Below the pieces are notes generated by a model, which had not been told where the DNA came from, searched no databases, and worked only from the letters and a program-made list of their open reading frames with translations. This document shows, piece by piece, positions 26,581 to 36,296 of a DNA stretch of 62,915 nucleotides. Position 1 is the first letter of the stretch. Every line of letters begins with the position of its first letter. Source of the stretch: a virus (taxonomy: Duplodnaviria; Caudoviricetes); the IMG/VR virus record IMGVR_UViG_3300002920_000013, positions 1 through 62,915 of that record, one strand, 5' to 3'. Position numbers and translations under genes: made by a program.

Positions 26581-27915
26581 ATGAAATATTTTAATATAAT
26601 ACCTCTTGTTGGAGGAATGACTATTGCAAACATTAAAGCCACAAATACATTGCCTACTGCTATTTTTTCTTTCACAAATTTTGAAAGAAATGAAAAATAT
26701 TTAAAAAAATATTTTTCAGATAAAAATTATGATATTCCTTATTATATTATTCCAGCAAAGAAAGAAGAATACGATAATTTTTTTAAAGAATTTTTGGATA
26801 AGAATCCTAAATTTTTTGAAAATACAGATTTTGTTTCAACCGTGTGTCCGTGTTCAGGATTATCTATGTTAAATGTTTCATCAGGTGATTATTCACGTGG
26901 TAGTAATGCACCACAAAATGAATGGATTTACAAAACAATAGATATTGCTCTTAATTATATTAGACCCAAAGTTCTTTGGGGTGAAAATGCTCCCCTGTTA
27001 TTTAACATAAAAAAAGAAAATATAGGTTTAAAATTAAATGAATTAGCGGAAAAATATGGTTATAGATTTTTAATAATTAAAACAAATACAGAATTACACG
27101 GAATACCACAAAGAAGAGTTAGAACATTTTATTTTTTCTTTAAGGATTATATTCCTTTGTATAATATTCCTCATTCAACTAACAAACAAAATTTAAGAGA
27201 ATTTTTATCAACTATTTCAAAAGATGCAACATTTAATGATATTTTATGTAATGGAATGAAACTTAATGAATATGAAAATTTTTTTAAAAATTTACCTTTC
27301 TGGAAATATTTTATAGAAGAAAATGGTGATAAATATTCTCATATATTAGAAAGAATTAAAGATAGAAAAAAAATATATTCTCCTTTAAATGAAGATATTA
27401 TAATAGATGAAGATACTATTTTAAATTATAGGGAATATGTTCTAAATAATATTGAAAAACAAGAAAATCCTGACATTAAAATACAATGGAAAAGAGTTTT
27501 AAAATTTTTAGATAGACTTATAAAAAAATCAAATGCAGGTACAGGAAATTTTAAAATAGTAGGTATTTTTACTATACATCACCCTATGTATTCAAAAGAT
27601 TTAATTTATCCTGCAGTTATAACTAAAAATTTACTTCTTACACATATTTATCCAGAAAACAGATTATTAACAATAAGAGAAGGAGCTAAACTTATGGGAC
27701 TGCCTGATGATTATGATTTTGGTGATAAATTTAAAGTAGAAATTTTACACGCAATTTCACAAAATGTTCCTGTAAATACAGCACAAGATATGACAAAATT
27801 TGTTATTGATTATTGTGAAAATAAATTAGAGAGATTAAATTCACAATTTGTTCTTTATGATAATATTTTTAATAAATTAGAAGAAGTGAAAAAAAGATGT
27901 CGTGTTCTTTTTTAA
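26581..27915 (+). CDS. C5-cytosine DNA methyltransferase
   Basis: Motif IV PCSGLS, VI GENAP, VIII PQRRVR, IX RLLTIREGAKLMGLPDDY and X QNVPV. Motif I is atypical (IPLVGGM). Confidence 0.88.
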   Translation: MKYFNIIPLVGGMTIANIKATNTLPTAIFSFTNFERNEKYLKKYFSDKNYDIPYYIIPAKKEEYDNFFKEFLDKNPKFFENTDFVSTVCPCSGLSMLNVSSGDYSRGSNAPQNEWIYKTIDIALNYIRPKVLWGENAPLLFNIKKENIGLKLNELAEKYGYRFLIIKTNTELHGIPQRRVRTFYFFFKDYIPLYNIPHSTNKQNLREFLSTISKDATFNDILCNGMKLNEYENFFKNLPFWKYFIEENGDKYSHILERIKDRKKIYSPLNEDIIIDEDTILNYREYVLNNIEKQENPDIKIQWKRVLKFLDRLIKKSNAGTGNFKIVGIFTIHHPMYSKDLIYPAVITKNLLLTHIYPENRLLTIREGAKLMGLPDDYDFGDKFKVEILHAISQNVPVNTAQDMTKFVIDYCENKLERLNSQFVLYDNIFNKLEEVKKRCRVLF

Positions 27916-27918
27916 AAA

Positions 27919-30201
27919 ATGTTTAATCCATTAGAAATATTTTCAAAATTAAATGAACTTTTAAGTTTTAAAAAAAGATTAGAAGAGGAAAAGGAAAAAT
28001 TAAATCCTAATGAACCTTCTAATCTTGATTTTTTTGAAGAACTTAAAAAAATAGATAAGGATTTTGTTATTCCACAAATCAAGCCTGCTGAGCCATTCTT
28101 AAATGATAAAAATATATTTAATAATTTTTCTATAAATGATTTAGAAAAATTAGAAGAAAATACATTAAATCTGAAAAAACCTAATCAGGAAATTTTTAAA
28201 AATTTAAAAGATATTTGTGTATGTACGTGTGATGAAAACAAATCAAATTTAGATAATGATATACCCGAATTAGAATTAGATAATGAAAATATAAAAAATA
28301 ATGATAAAGAAAAAGAAAGATTTATTGCAATTTTTAATATAAAAACAAATAACATAAAAAATATAGATAACGAAATATACAATGGATATAAAATTCCTTT
28401 AAGGGGAAAAATAATATCAAAGTTAGGACAAAATCTTATGATAGAATTAGAGGAAAAAATAAAAGAATATGATAATGAAATAATTTTAAATGAAATAAGT
28501 GGTGAAATAGAAAAACAAAAAAATAGGGCAGAAACATATTTAAAAGCAAAAGAAAATTTTTACAATTATTATCATAAATTCTTATATTATAAATTGATAA
28601 AAAAATTTTATGATTCACTATACTTTTCCCTTTTAAATTATTATGAAAATTCAAGAAAAATAATAGAGGAAAGACAAGAATTGATAAAACAATATGAAAA
28701 AAATATAAGTATTTTCAAAAGATTAAATGATGATAAGAAAAGGGAAGAAATAATAAATTTACAAATAAATTTATCATTAAGAATAAATTTTTTAAGTAAT
28801 CAATTAGAAACTATAAAAAATAATAATGGTTTCTACAATTATTTAGGTTTTAATGAAGCAAAAATATTACCTGATAAAATTTTATCTAATACAAAATTTA
28901 TAAATTTTTCACCTAAAAATTATAGTATAGATTTAATTCAATTATCAAAAAAGATAAAGGATTTATACACAGAATTTTCAGATTATTTGTTTATAGATTT
29001 TGAAAGAATAAACAATTTAACATATTTTAATATAGAAAAGGTTCTTGACCCAATAAATTTTAAAATAGAATCATTAGATAAGTATCAAAATGAAAATAAG
29101 AATGGAAAATTTTTTATCTATATTGAAAATTTAAAAAATGAAATAAATGAATTTGTTAAAAATACAAAAGATTTTTACAATGAAAAAAATTTAAATAATA
29201 TTAAAAATATTGAAAATTTTTGGAATAAAAAAATAGAAGATTTAGTAGAAGATATTTGTCAAAAAATTGATATTCAAACAAAAGATTATGCTTTTTTTAT
29301 TCTTTCAAAAGAAAAAATTTTAGATGAACTAAATCAAAATAATACTATACAAGGAATAAGGATTAAAAGAGAACAATTTTTAAAAGATGAATTTGTTCCT
29401 CTTGAAAATAAGATTTCAGAATGGAAAAATATTATAGAAAATTTTGAGAATAATCAAAATTTTGAAATATCAAATAATAACAGATTTTATGATTTTGATG
29501 AGCCAAGCATAATCAAAATAAACAATATCACATATTACAATTTTTTAATAAAAGGTACACAAAAGAATGAAACAATAAATGATAATAATTATACAGATGA
29601 AATAAAGATTCCTAAGATAGAAGATACAGAAATTACAAAAAAAGAATATTGGGTTCAATGGTGTAAAATAGCAACTATTGTAAATCTATTCCCAGAATAC
29701 TGGCCTATTGGTATAATTATTCCCTCTTCAAATGGTTTAATAAAAATTCCGTGTCCTATAATTTGGAAATTTTTAATATCTATTCCTAATCCTTTTTGTG
29801 TGATTGTTATAGGATTAACAATATGCGGATTTTGTGTTTTTCCTTTTGTTTATATTTTTAATCCTAATTGGGATTTTCCTATAAATATTGTTAGAAAAAA
29901 TGAATCCTATTTTGTTGTAGGATTAAGAGGACCTTCTAAAATTTCCTCAAATGTATCAAATCAAACTTTTAAAAATTTGATACCTGAAATAGATAAAAAC
30001 TATTTGTTAAGGATAAATAATATAACAAAAAATATAAAATTTAAAAATCAAATAAATCTTGATTTTATTAAAAAATTGCCATTAGAAAAAGAAGATCACC
30101 CTCCTTTTTCTAAACTTTCAATAAAAAATTTTAGATGGGTGAATTATTTAATAGAATGGTGTAAAGCAGGTAAAAAAACTTATGGATTTTTTGAAAAATA
30201 A
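27919..30201 (+). CDS. Hypothetical protein, probably structural
   Basis: Coiled-coil N-terminal half and a hydrophobic Trp/Pro-rich C-terminal domain (YWPIGIIIP...IPCPIIWK). Confidence 0.55.
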   Translation: MFNPLEIFSKLNELLSFKKRLEEEKEKLNPNEPSNLDFFEELKKIDKDFVIPQIKPAEPFLNDKNIFNNFSINDLEKLEENTLNLKKPNQEIFKNLKDICVCTCDENKSNLDNDIPELELDNENIKNNDKEKERFIAIFNIKTNNIKNIDNEIYNGYKIPLRGKIISKLGQNLMIELEEKIKEYDNEIILNEISGEIEKQKNRAETYLKAKENFYNYYHKFLYYKLIKKFYDSLYFSLLNYYENSRKIIEERQELIKQYEKNISIFKRLNDDKKREEIINLQINLSLRINFLSNQLETIKNNNGFYNYLGFNEAKILPDKILSNTKFINFSPKNYSIDLIQLSKKIKDLYTEFSDYLFIDFERINNLTYFNIEKVLDPINFKIESLDKYQNENKNGKFFIYIENLKNEINEFVKNTKDFYNEKNLNNIKNIENFWNKKIEDLVEDICQKIDIQTKDYAFFILSKEKILDELNQNNTIQGIRIKREQFLKDEFVPLENKISEWKNIIENFENNQNFEISNNNRFYDFDEPSIIKINNITYYNFLIKGTQKNETINDNNYTDEIKIPKIEDTEITKKEYWVQWCKIATIVNLFPEYWPIGIIIPSSNGLIKIPCPIIWKFLISIPNPFCVIVIGLTICGFCVFPFVYIFNPNWDFPINIVRKNESYFVVGLRGPSKISSNVSNQTFKNLIPEIDKNYLLRINNITKNIKFKNQINLDFIKKLPLEKEDHPPFSKLSIKNFRWVNYLIEWCKAGKKTYGFFEK

Positions 30202-30234
30202 AATTTATTGTTTCACATTAAAACTTTTTAATAA

Positions 30235-31407
30235 ATGAAATCAAGCAGATTAAACAAAAAATTATCAAATCCAAAAAATGGTTTAAGGGTTTATTCACAA
30301 GAACCTTATGCAGAAGAACTTTTAAAAATTTATGAATCATTTAATTTAGAAACTTCAACACAAAGTTCTTTTACAAATTCTAACAAAGATTTTGAGATTG
30401 GGAAAAGATATTATTTAAAAGATATTATCCCAATAAATAATTATTCAATTTTATGTAGAGTTGGAAATGGCGATGTAATAATAGACATTAAAAATGAAAA
30501 AAAATTTTTAAAATCTTTTGAAAAAACAGATGAAGAATTTATAGAAAATCTAAAAAATAATAATGATTTTAAAGAATTCATTATTAAAAATTGCCCAATT
30601 AACATAATATCAATAAAACCAAGATTAAAAGCAACATTTGTTGAAGATGCTACAATCTGTATAAAAGAAGAAATGTTAAAAGAGATTAAAAATCCAACAA
30701 GAGTTTGGAAAGCTAAAATAATAAAGAAAAATGCAGGTGGCTATATGGTAAAAGTTGGAAATATAGAAGGATTTCTCCCAGGTTCACTTGCATCTGCAAA
30801 TATTGTAAAAGATTTTGATGAATTAGTAGGTAAAGAGGTAAATGTAATGATAGATGATTATTTGCATAGTTCTAAAATGTTTGTTTTTAGTGTTAAAAAA
30901 TATTTGTCTTATATTTTGCCACAAAAAATAAAAGAACTTGATTTAACTAAAAAATATACAGGATATGTAACAGGAACATCTAAATTTGGTATTTTTATTG
31001 AATTTGATGAAATTTTTACAGGACTTATGCACATAAGTAAAATGAGTCCAGCAATGATAGATAAATTTAACAATAAAGAATATAAGGCAGGAGATAGTAT
31101 TGAATTTTATATTTTAGATAATACAGAAAAACTAATTTTAACAGATTTAGATGTAAATGAATTAAGAAAAGAGCACGAAGAAAAAATTGAAGAATTAAAA
31201 GAATTTAAATATGTCATAGGAAAAGTTGTTTCTTCAAAAGAACACGGTGTCCTTTTAAAATTAGGTGAAAGTAGAATGGGAGATATTTTAGGATTTGCAC
31301 CTATGACAAAAAATAATAATCAAAAATATGAAATAGGAAAAAATTTAAAATGTAAAATTGTAAATGTTAATAACAAATATAAAATAACACTGAAAATTGA
31401 AAAATAA
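30235..31407 (+). CDS. Ribosomal protein bS1-like protein with tandem S1 domains
   Basis: KNAGGYMVKVGNIEGFLPGS; GYVTGTSKFGIFIEFDEIFTGLMHIS; GKVVSSKEHGVLLKL. Confidence 0.85.
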   Translation: MKSSRLNKKLSNPKNGLRVYSQEPYAEELLKIYESFNLETSTQSSFTNSNKDFEIGKRYYLKDIIPINNYSILCRVGNGDVIIDIKNEKKFLKSFEKTDEEFIENLKNNNDFKEFIIKNCPINIISIKPRLKATFVEDATICIKEEMLKEIKNPTRVWKAKIIKKNAGGYMVKVGNIEGFLPGSLASANIVKDFDELVGKEVNVMIDDYLHSSKMFVFSVKKYLSYILPQKIKELDLTKKYTGYVTGTSKFGIFIEFDEIFTGLMHISKMSPAMIDKFNNKEYKAGDSIEFYILDNTEKLILTDLDVNELRKEHEEKIEELKEFKYVIGKVVSSKEHGVLLKLGESRMGDILGFAPMTKNNNQKYEIGKNLKCKIVNVNNKYKITLKIEK

Positions 31408-31419
31408 AATAAAAAAAAA

Positions 31420-31935
31420 ATGAAAAGTTTTCAAAATTTTATTATTGAAAATCTTAATGAAAATTTACAAGATTACACATTTTATCACGTATCTCCAGGA
31501 CCATTTCCAAAACTAATGCTTTATAGATATAGCAGACAAGAAGGTGGTGTTGTACTTTTTTTCTCTTTAAATATAGAAGATTCATATGCTTGGTATAAAA
31601 ATTCTTTAAATAAAGGTAATAGTAATTCTCAAATAATTAAATGTGTTTTGTCAAAATCTTGTAAATTAACCCATATAGATGATGTAAATGAATTAACACC
31701 AAGTGAAAAAAAATCTTGGGTTGAAATGGCAGTTAGTAATCCAAATTATAAAGAATTTTCAAAACACCCAGCTACTAAAAAATTAAAGAAAATGGGTATA
31801 AATGGTGTTCAAATTAAAGATTATGACCCAAGAGATTTTTCAAAAGACCTTGATTCATTTGTTTTATTTAATTTTTCACCTGAAGAACACATAGAATATT
31901 GGGAATCAATTAAAATAGACCCTAAAAAACTTTAA
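31420..31935 (+). CDS. ART-like small protein with capsid-targeting-like N-terminus
   Basis: FYHVS, LFFS...SYAWY and GINGVQIKD...FVLFN; N-terminus MKSFQNFIIENLNE. Confidence 0.45.
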   Translation: MKSFQNFIIENLNENLQDYTFYHVSPGPFPKLMLYRYSRQEGGVVLFFSLNIEDSYAWYKNSLNKGNSNSQIIKCVLSKSCKLTHIDDVNELTPSEKKSWVEMAVSNPNYKEFSKHPATKKLKKMGINGVQIKDYDPRDFSKDLDSFVLFNFSPEEHIEYWESIKIDPKKL

Positions 31936-31939
31936 AATT

Positions 31940-33259
31940 ATGAAAAATAATTTTGACAAAGAAAAATTACAAACTGCAACGATTGGAATAGAATTTGAAT
32001 TTTATTCCAATTTATCTCTTGAAAAGACTGCGGAAAGTCTTTCAAAAAAATTAAATAAAAGAATTGTAGTACCATATTCTCTAAATGATATAAGAAATCC
32101 AAAACCTTTATATCATTCTCCTATAACACCCACAGAGGATATTTTTAAAATAGAACCTGATTATTCAGGAGGTCCTGATATGCGGGAAATGATAACAGGA
32201 CCTTTAAAATATAAAGAAGCAAAAGATATTATTATTAAAGTTTTTGAATGGATTAGAGATAATGGTTACACAAATGAAAGGTGTTCCATACATATAAATA
32301 TGAGTTTGCCTGAGGGAAAAACAACAATAGATAAAATGAATATTCTGTATTTTATACTTACTTTTGATGAGGATAAAGTATATGAAAGATTCCCAAACAG
32401 GAAAGATAGTGTATATGCAAGGAGCATAAAAAAAATATTCCCAAATAATATAATTTATTATTCTACTTTTAATGGTTTATCCAAAGAAAAATTTGTTGTT
32501 CCTTCTGAAAAATATTTTGGTGTTAATTTTACAAAAGCAGAAAAAGGTTATCTTGAATATAGATATTTGGGTGGATTAAATTATCATAAAAAGAGAAAAG
32601 AAATTCTTGAACTTATAGATTATTTTATAGAACATTTGTATAAAGTTTTAAACTGGAACGGTGTTTTATCAAGAGTTGAAGAAACAAAATGGGAAAAATA
32701 TGTTGAAAAATATGAAAAAGTAGTGAACTCCATAAAAAATTATGAAAATTTTAGTGAAATTTATCCTGAAATAAAATTAACAATAGACCTACAAAAAAAT
32801 CCACAAATAATAAAAACTTATTGGCATATATTAGACAAATTTATTTACAAATTATTAACATCATTTGGAATGAAGTCCGGCAAGATAAATTATGATAGTG
32901 ATAAAGGACAAATTGAAGTTAAAGATGCAACTTTATCAGGTGGAAGTCTTAATTATTATCATTTTTATGATTGTGAATTAGAGGGAGTGTTTGATAATTG
33001 TTATTTTACAAATTGCACAATAAAAAATTCAAGAATTGTTAATTGTAATATGGTAAGAGGAAATGAAATAATTTTTTCTAAAATTGCGGAAACAGCATTA
33101 ACTAATAAAAATAAATTTGTAGAAAATTGTTTTATAGAAAATAAAAAAGAAATTATAGATTGTGAAGTGATTAAAGGTGTAATAAGATATGGAATTATTG
33201 GGAAAAAAGCCAAAATTTCAAAAGAAACACTTATTATAGAAGAAATAAAACAAAATTAA
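31940..33259 (+). CDS. Putative amidoligase (COOH-NH2 ligase) with C-terminal beta-helix repeats
   Basis: IGIEFEF, EPDYSGG, EMITGP, CSIHIN, KYFGVN and EYRYLGG, then (F/I)xxC repeats. Confidence 0.8.
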   Translation: MKNNFDKEKLQTATIGIEFEFYSNLSLEKTAESLSKKLNKRIVVPYSLNDIRNPKPLYHSPITPTEDIFKIEPDYSGGPDMREMITGPLKYKEAKDIIIKVFEWIRDNGYTNERCSIHINMSLPEGKTTIDKMNILYFILTFDEDKVYERFPNRKDSVYARSIKKIFPNNIIYYSTFNGLSKEKFVVPSEKYFGVNFTKAEKGYLEYRYLGGLNYHKKRKEILELIDYFIEHLYKVLNWNGVLSRVEETKWEKYVEKYEKVVNSIKNYENFSEIYPEIKLTIDLQKNPQIIKTYWHILDKFIYKLLTSFGMKSGKINYDSDKGQIEVKDATLSGGSLNYYHFYDCELEGVFDNCYFTNCTIKNSRIVNCNMVRGNEIIFSKIAETALTNKNKFVENCFIENKKEIIDCEVIKGVIRYGIIGKKAKISKETLIIEEIKQN

Positions 33260-33261
33260 AA

Positions 33262-33993
33262 ATGTCCAAAGAAGAATTTATTCAAATGATTCAAGCTGAA
33301 ATCACAGTTTCGGGACAATTACCACACGATTTGCCAAATGATGAATATGAAAGAGTCATAAAACAAGCTTTAAATTGGTTTTACATAAATTATAGACACG
33401 CAGTAGAAGTTCAATATTATGTTATACAAAATCATTGGTTTTCAAACCCATTATTTCAAAAATCAAGAAGTGTCCTCCTTCCTGATTGTGTTGTTTCTGT
33501 GTATGAATGTAAAGAAATAAAAGGAGGAAGTATAATTGGTATAATGGGAGGAGAATTTTCAATAAACAGAATGGTTGCATCTGAATTATTCTTTTCGTCT
33601 TTTGTAACAGATGACCTTGTTTTAAGAACAGCACAATATGCTTTTTGGGATTTGTCAAAAGCATTTATGTTAGACCACGTAGGATTTGAATTTAATACAA
33701 ATACAAAAAGATTAAAAATAACAGGCAGAACACCCAAAGCAAATCTTTTTCTGGAAACTTATGTTAAAATTGAGGAGAATAAACTTTTTGAAGATTGGTA
33801 TTTTCAAAGGTATTGTGTTTGTCAATGTAAAAAATCTCTTTCAAGAATGTTATCTGCATTTACATATAGTTTGCCTGGAGGTATAACAATAAATACTGAT
33901 TTATGGGCAAGTGAAGCAGATAGTGAATTAGAAAAAATATTGACTAAAATAGATGAAGAAAATTCACCTGATTGGTTATTTATTGTAAATTAA
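33262..33993 (+). CDS. Neck/head-completion protein (T4 gp13-like)
   Basis: LPDCVVSV, FEFNTNTKRL and YSLPGGITIN...EADSELEKI. Confidence 0.7.
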   Translation: MSKEEFIQMIQAEITVSGQLPHDLPNDEYERVIKQALNWFYINYRHAVEVQYYVIQNHWFSNPLFQKSRSVLLPDCVVSVYECKEIKGGSIIGIMGGEFSINRMVASELFFSSFVTDDLVLRTAQYAFWDLSKAFMLDHVGFEFNTNTKRLKITGRTPKANLFLETYVKIEENKLFEDWYFQRYCVCQCKKSLSRMLSAFTYSLPGGITINTDLWASEADSELEKILTKIDEENSPDWLFIVN

Positions 33994-33997
33994 AAAT

Positions 33998-34357
33998 ATG
34001 GAAGAAATTTATTGTAGAAATCCCGATGAATTTGGATATAATCCTAATTCATTAGTAACAAAGGATAGAATAGAATGGTTGCTAACAAAAATTAGAATGA
34101 TTCTTTTCACTAAACCGGGTGAAGTTCTTGGTCACCCTGATTTAGGAATAGATTTAGAAAAATATGTATTTGAAACTTATGTAAATTCTAATTATATTGA
34201 AAAAGAAATTTATGGGCAACTTTTATTGTTTGTGCCTGAAATTAAAGATTTTAATGTAAATGTGAAAGTTTCATTTCAAAAGGGAGAATATAGGGACCAG
34301 TGTTTTATAGATATTATTATAGATGGCACAAAATATTTAGGAATATTAGTAAAATAA
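33998..34357 (+). CDS. Baseplate wedge protein, gp25-like
   Basis: IRMILFTKPGEVLGHPDLGIDLEKYVFE. Confidence 0.8.
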   Translation: MEEIYCRNPDEFGYNPNSLVTKDRIEWLLTKIRMILFTKPGEVLGHPDLGIDLEKYVFETYVNSNYIEKEIYGQLLLFVPEIKDFNVNVKVSFQKGEYRDQCFIDIIIDGTKYLGILVK

Positions 34358-34366
34358 ATTAAATCA

Positions 34367-36055
34367 TTGGAAATTTTTAAAAAATCAAGAATATTATTTC
34401 AAGAACTTTTAGAAGATGCAAAATCATATTTAAGTTTTAAATTTTCACAAGCAGATGAATTATTTTCGCCCGCATCTCCTTTTGGGCAACTTTTGTCTGT
34501 AATAATAAATCTTGGAAAACTTATTCTATATTATATTGAGGATTCCATTACTGAATTAAATATTTATACTGCTTCAAGGAATAGTTCTATTAAAACTCTT
34601 TCAATTATTAGCGGGCACAATCCTTCAAGAGCAATTTCAAGTCAAGGATTGATTAGTCTTAAATGGAAAGAAAAAGATATTGATATAAATGGGAATACAA
34701 TCCTTATTCCTAATTATACAAAAATAATAAATCAATCTAATTCTTTAACTTATACAATTTATCTTGAAAGTGATTTTATTTCTGTACCACTTTTAAAAAA
34801 TTCATTAACAAAAGTTAAAATATATCAAGGTGAAATAGAAACACAACAAGTAACAGGAACTGGTGAACAATTACAATCTTACAATATAAGAACTAAAAGG
34901 GGTGCACAAATTGAAAATAATCTTGTTAAAGTTTTTGTAAATAATGAAGAATGGAAGCCATATTGTTCCCTTTATGATATTCCTTATGATGCTCCTGGTT
35001 ATGTGATAAGAACAGGATTATACAATGGAATTGATATATTTTTTGGAAATGGATACAATGGCAAAATTCCTCCTCTTGGTGAAACAATAAGAATAGAATA
35101 TATTGTAACAGATGGCGCATTAGGAAATGTATTTAAGAAAGATGAAGCACAATTTGTTTTTGATGATTTTGGAATTGATTTGCAAGGAAATGAAATTGAC
35201 CTCAATGAAGTTTTTGATATTCGTTTAGAAACACCGCTTCTTTTTGGTTCAAATGAAGAACCTATAGAATTAACAAGACTTTTAACTGCAAATGTTTCAC
35301 GTTCTTTTGTTCTTGCAAATGAAAAAAATTACTTATATTTTTTACAAAAATTTAATCAATTTTCTACAATAGAAGTTTTTAATAATTATGATGATAATGA
35401 TCCTTCAAATGATAATATCATTTATTTATTTCTTATACCTGATATAACAAAAAGAGTTCAATCAAATACAAATTATTTTGAAGTAAGTAAAGATAGATTT
35501 TTATTAACAGAAGATGAAAAAAATAGAATTTTAGAATTGATAAAGGAATCAGGACAACAAATTTTAACATCTGAAATTATAATAATCAATCCTATTTTAA
35601 AAGAATATGTAATGAATGTAAATATTAGAGCATATCAAGGTTATTCCAAAGATAATATTCGTAAAGAAGTTATAGATAAGATTTCAAATTATTTGCTTCA
35701 TAATAAAAGAAGAGATAAAATTCCAAAAAGTGATATTATTTCTTTATTAGAAAATATAAAAGGGATTGATTCGGTGAATGTTTGGTTTATATCAAAAGAA
35801 AATGAAATTGCAAGACTTAATGGTTATATTGGTGAAGATATAGGATTAGATGAATTTGGTGATATTAGTATAAATAAAAATGAATATCCTATAATAAGAG
35901 GTGGTTGGTATGATAGGAATAATATAGAATACATAGATGGCATAAGTTCTGAAAAACTTAGTTCATTAAATATTTTCTTTTCTAAAAAAGATAGTATTGA
36001 AACAACAATGAATGAATTAAATCAAAATATAAAAACAAAAATAAAAAATGCCTAA
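34367..36055 (+). CDS. Baseplate wedge protein, gp6/baseplate J-like
   Basis: IFFGNGYNGKIP, IEYIVTDGALGN, GSNEEPIE and SDIISLLENIKGIDSV. Confidence 0.85.
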   Translation: MEIFKKSRILFQELLEDAKSYLSFKFSQADELFSPASPFGQLLSVIINLGKLILYYIEDSITELNIYTASRNSSIKTLSIISGHNPSRAISSQGLISLKWKEKDIDINGNTILIPNYTKIINQSNSLTYTIYLESDFISVPLLKNSLTKVKIYQGEIETQQVTGTGEQLQSYNIRTKRGAQIENNLVKVFVNNEEWKPYCSLYDIPYDAPGYVIRTGLYNGIDIFFGNGYNGKIPPLGETIRIEYIVTDGALGNVFKKDEAQFVFDDFGIDLQGNEIDLNEVFDIRLETPLLFGSNEEPIELTRLLTANVSRSFVLANEKNYLYFLQKFNQFSTIEVFNNYDDNDPSNDNIIYLFLIPDITKRVQSNTNYFEVSKDRFLLTEDEKNRILELIKESGQQILTSEIIIINPILKEYVMNVNIRAYQGYSKDNIRKEVIDKISNYLLHNKRRDKIPKSDIISLLENIKGIDSVNVWFISKENEIARLNGYIGEDIGLDEFGDISINKNEYPIIRGGWYDRNNIEYIDGISSEKLSSLNIFFSKKDSIETTMNELNQNIKTKIKNA

Positions 36056-36296
36056 GATAAGAGAATCTTATTATGATTTTATGTTACATTTACAAGATAA
36101 AAAATTGTATAAAAATGATTCTTGGAAAAATGGTATTTTAAAAAGAAGCATATCAACATATTTGTATAATGAACCAAAAAGAAAAGAAATTATAAATAAT
36201 TTTGATAGGTTTTTTATCTTTTTAGTTAAAGAAACTTCAAAAATTAAGAATTTCTTTAACTTTGCAAATGATAAAAATAACACAGATGCAGACTAA
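36048..36296 (+). CDS. Hypothetical small baseplate-associated protein
   Basis: Overlaps both the gp6-like and gp7-like genes. Confidence 0.55.
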   Translation: MPKIRESYYDFMLHLQDKKLYKNDSWKNGILKRSISTYLYNEPKRKEIINNFDRFFIFLVKETSKIKNFFNFANDKNNTDAD

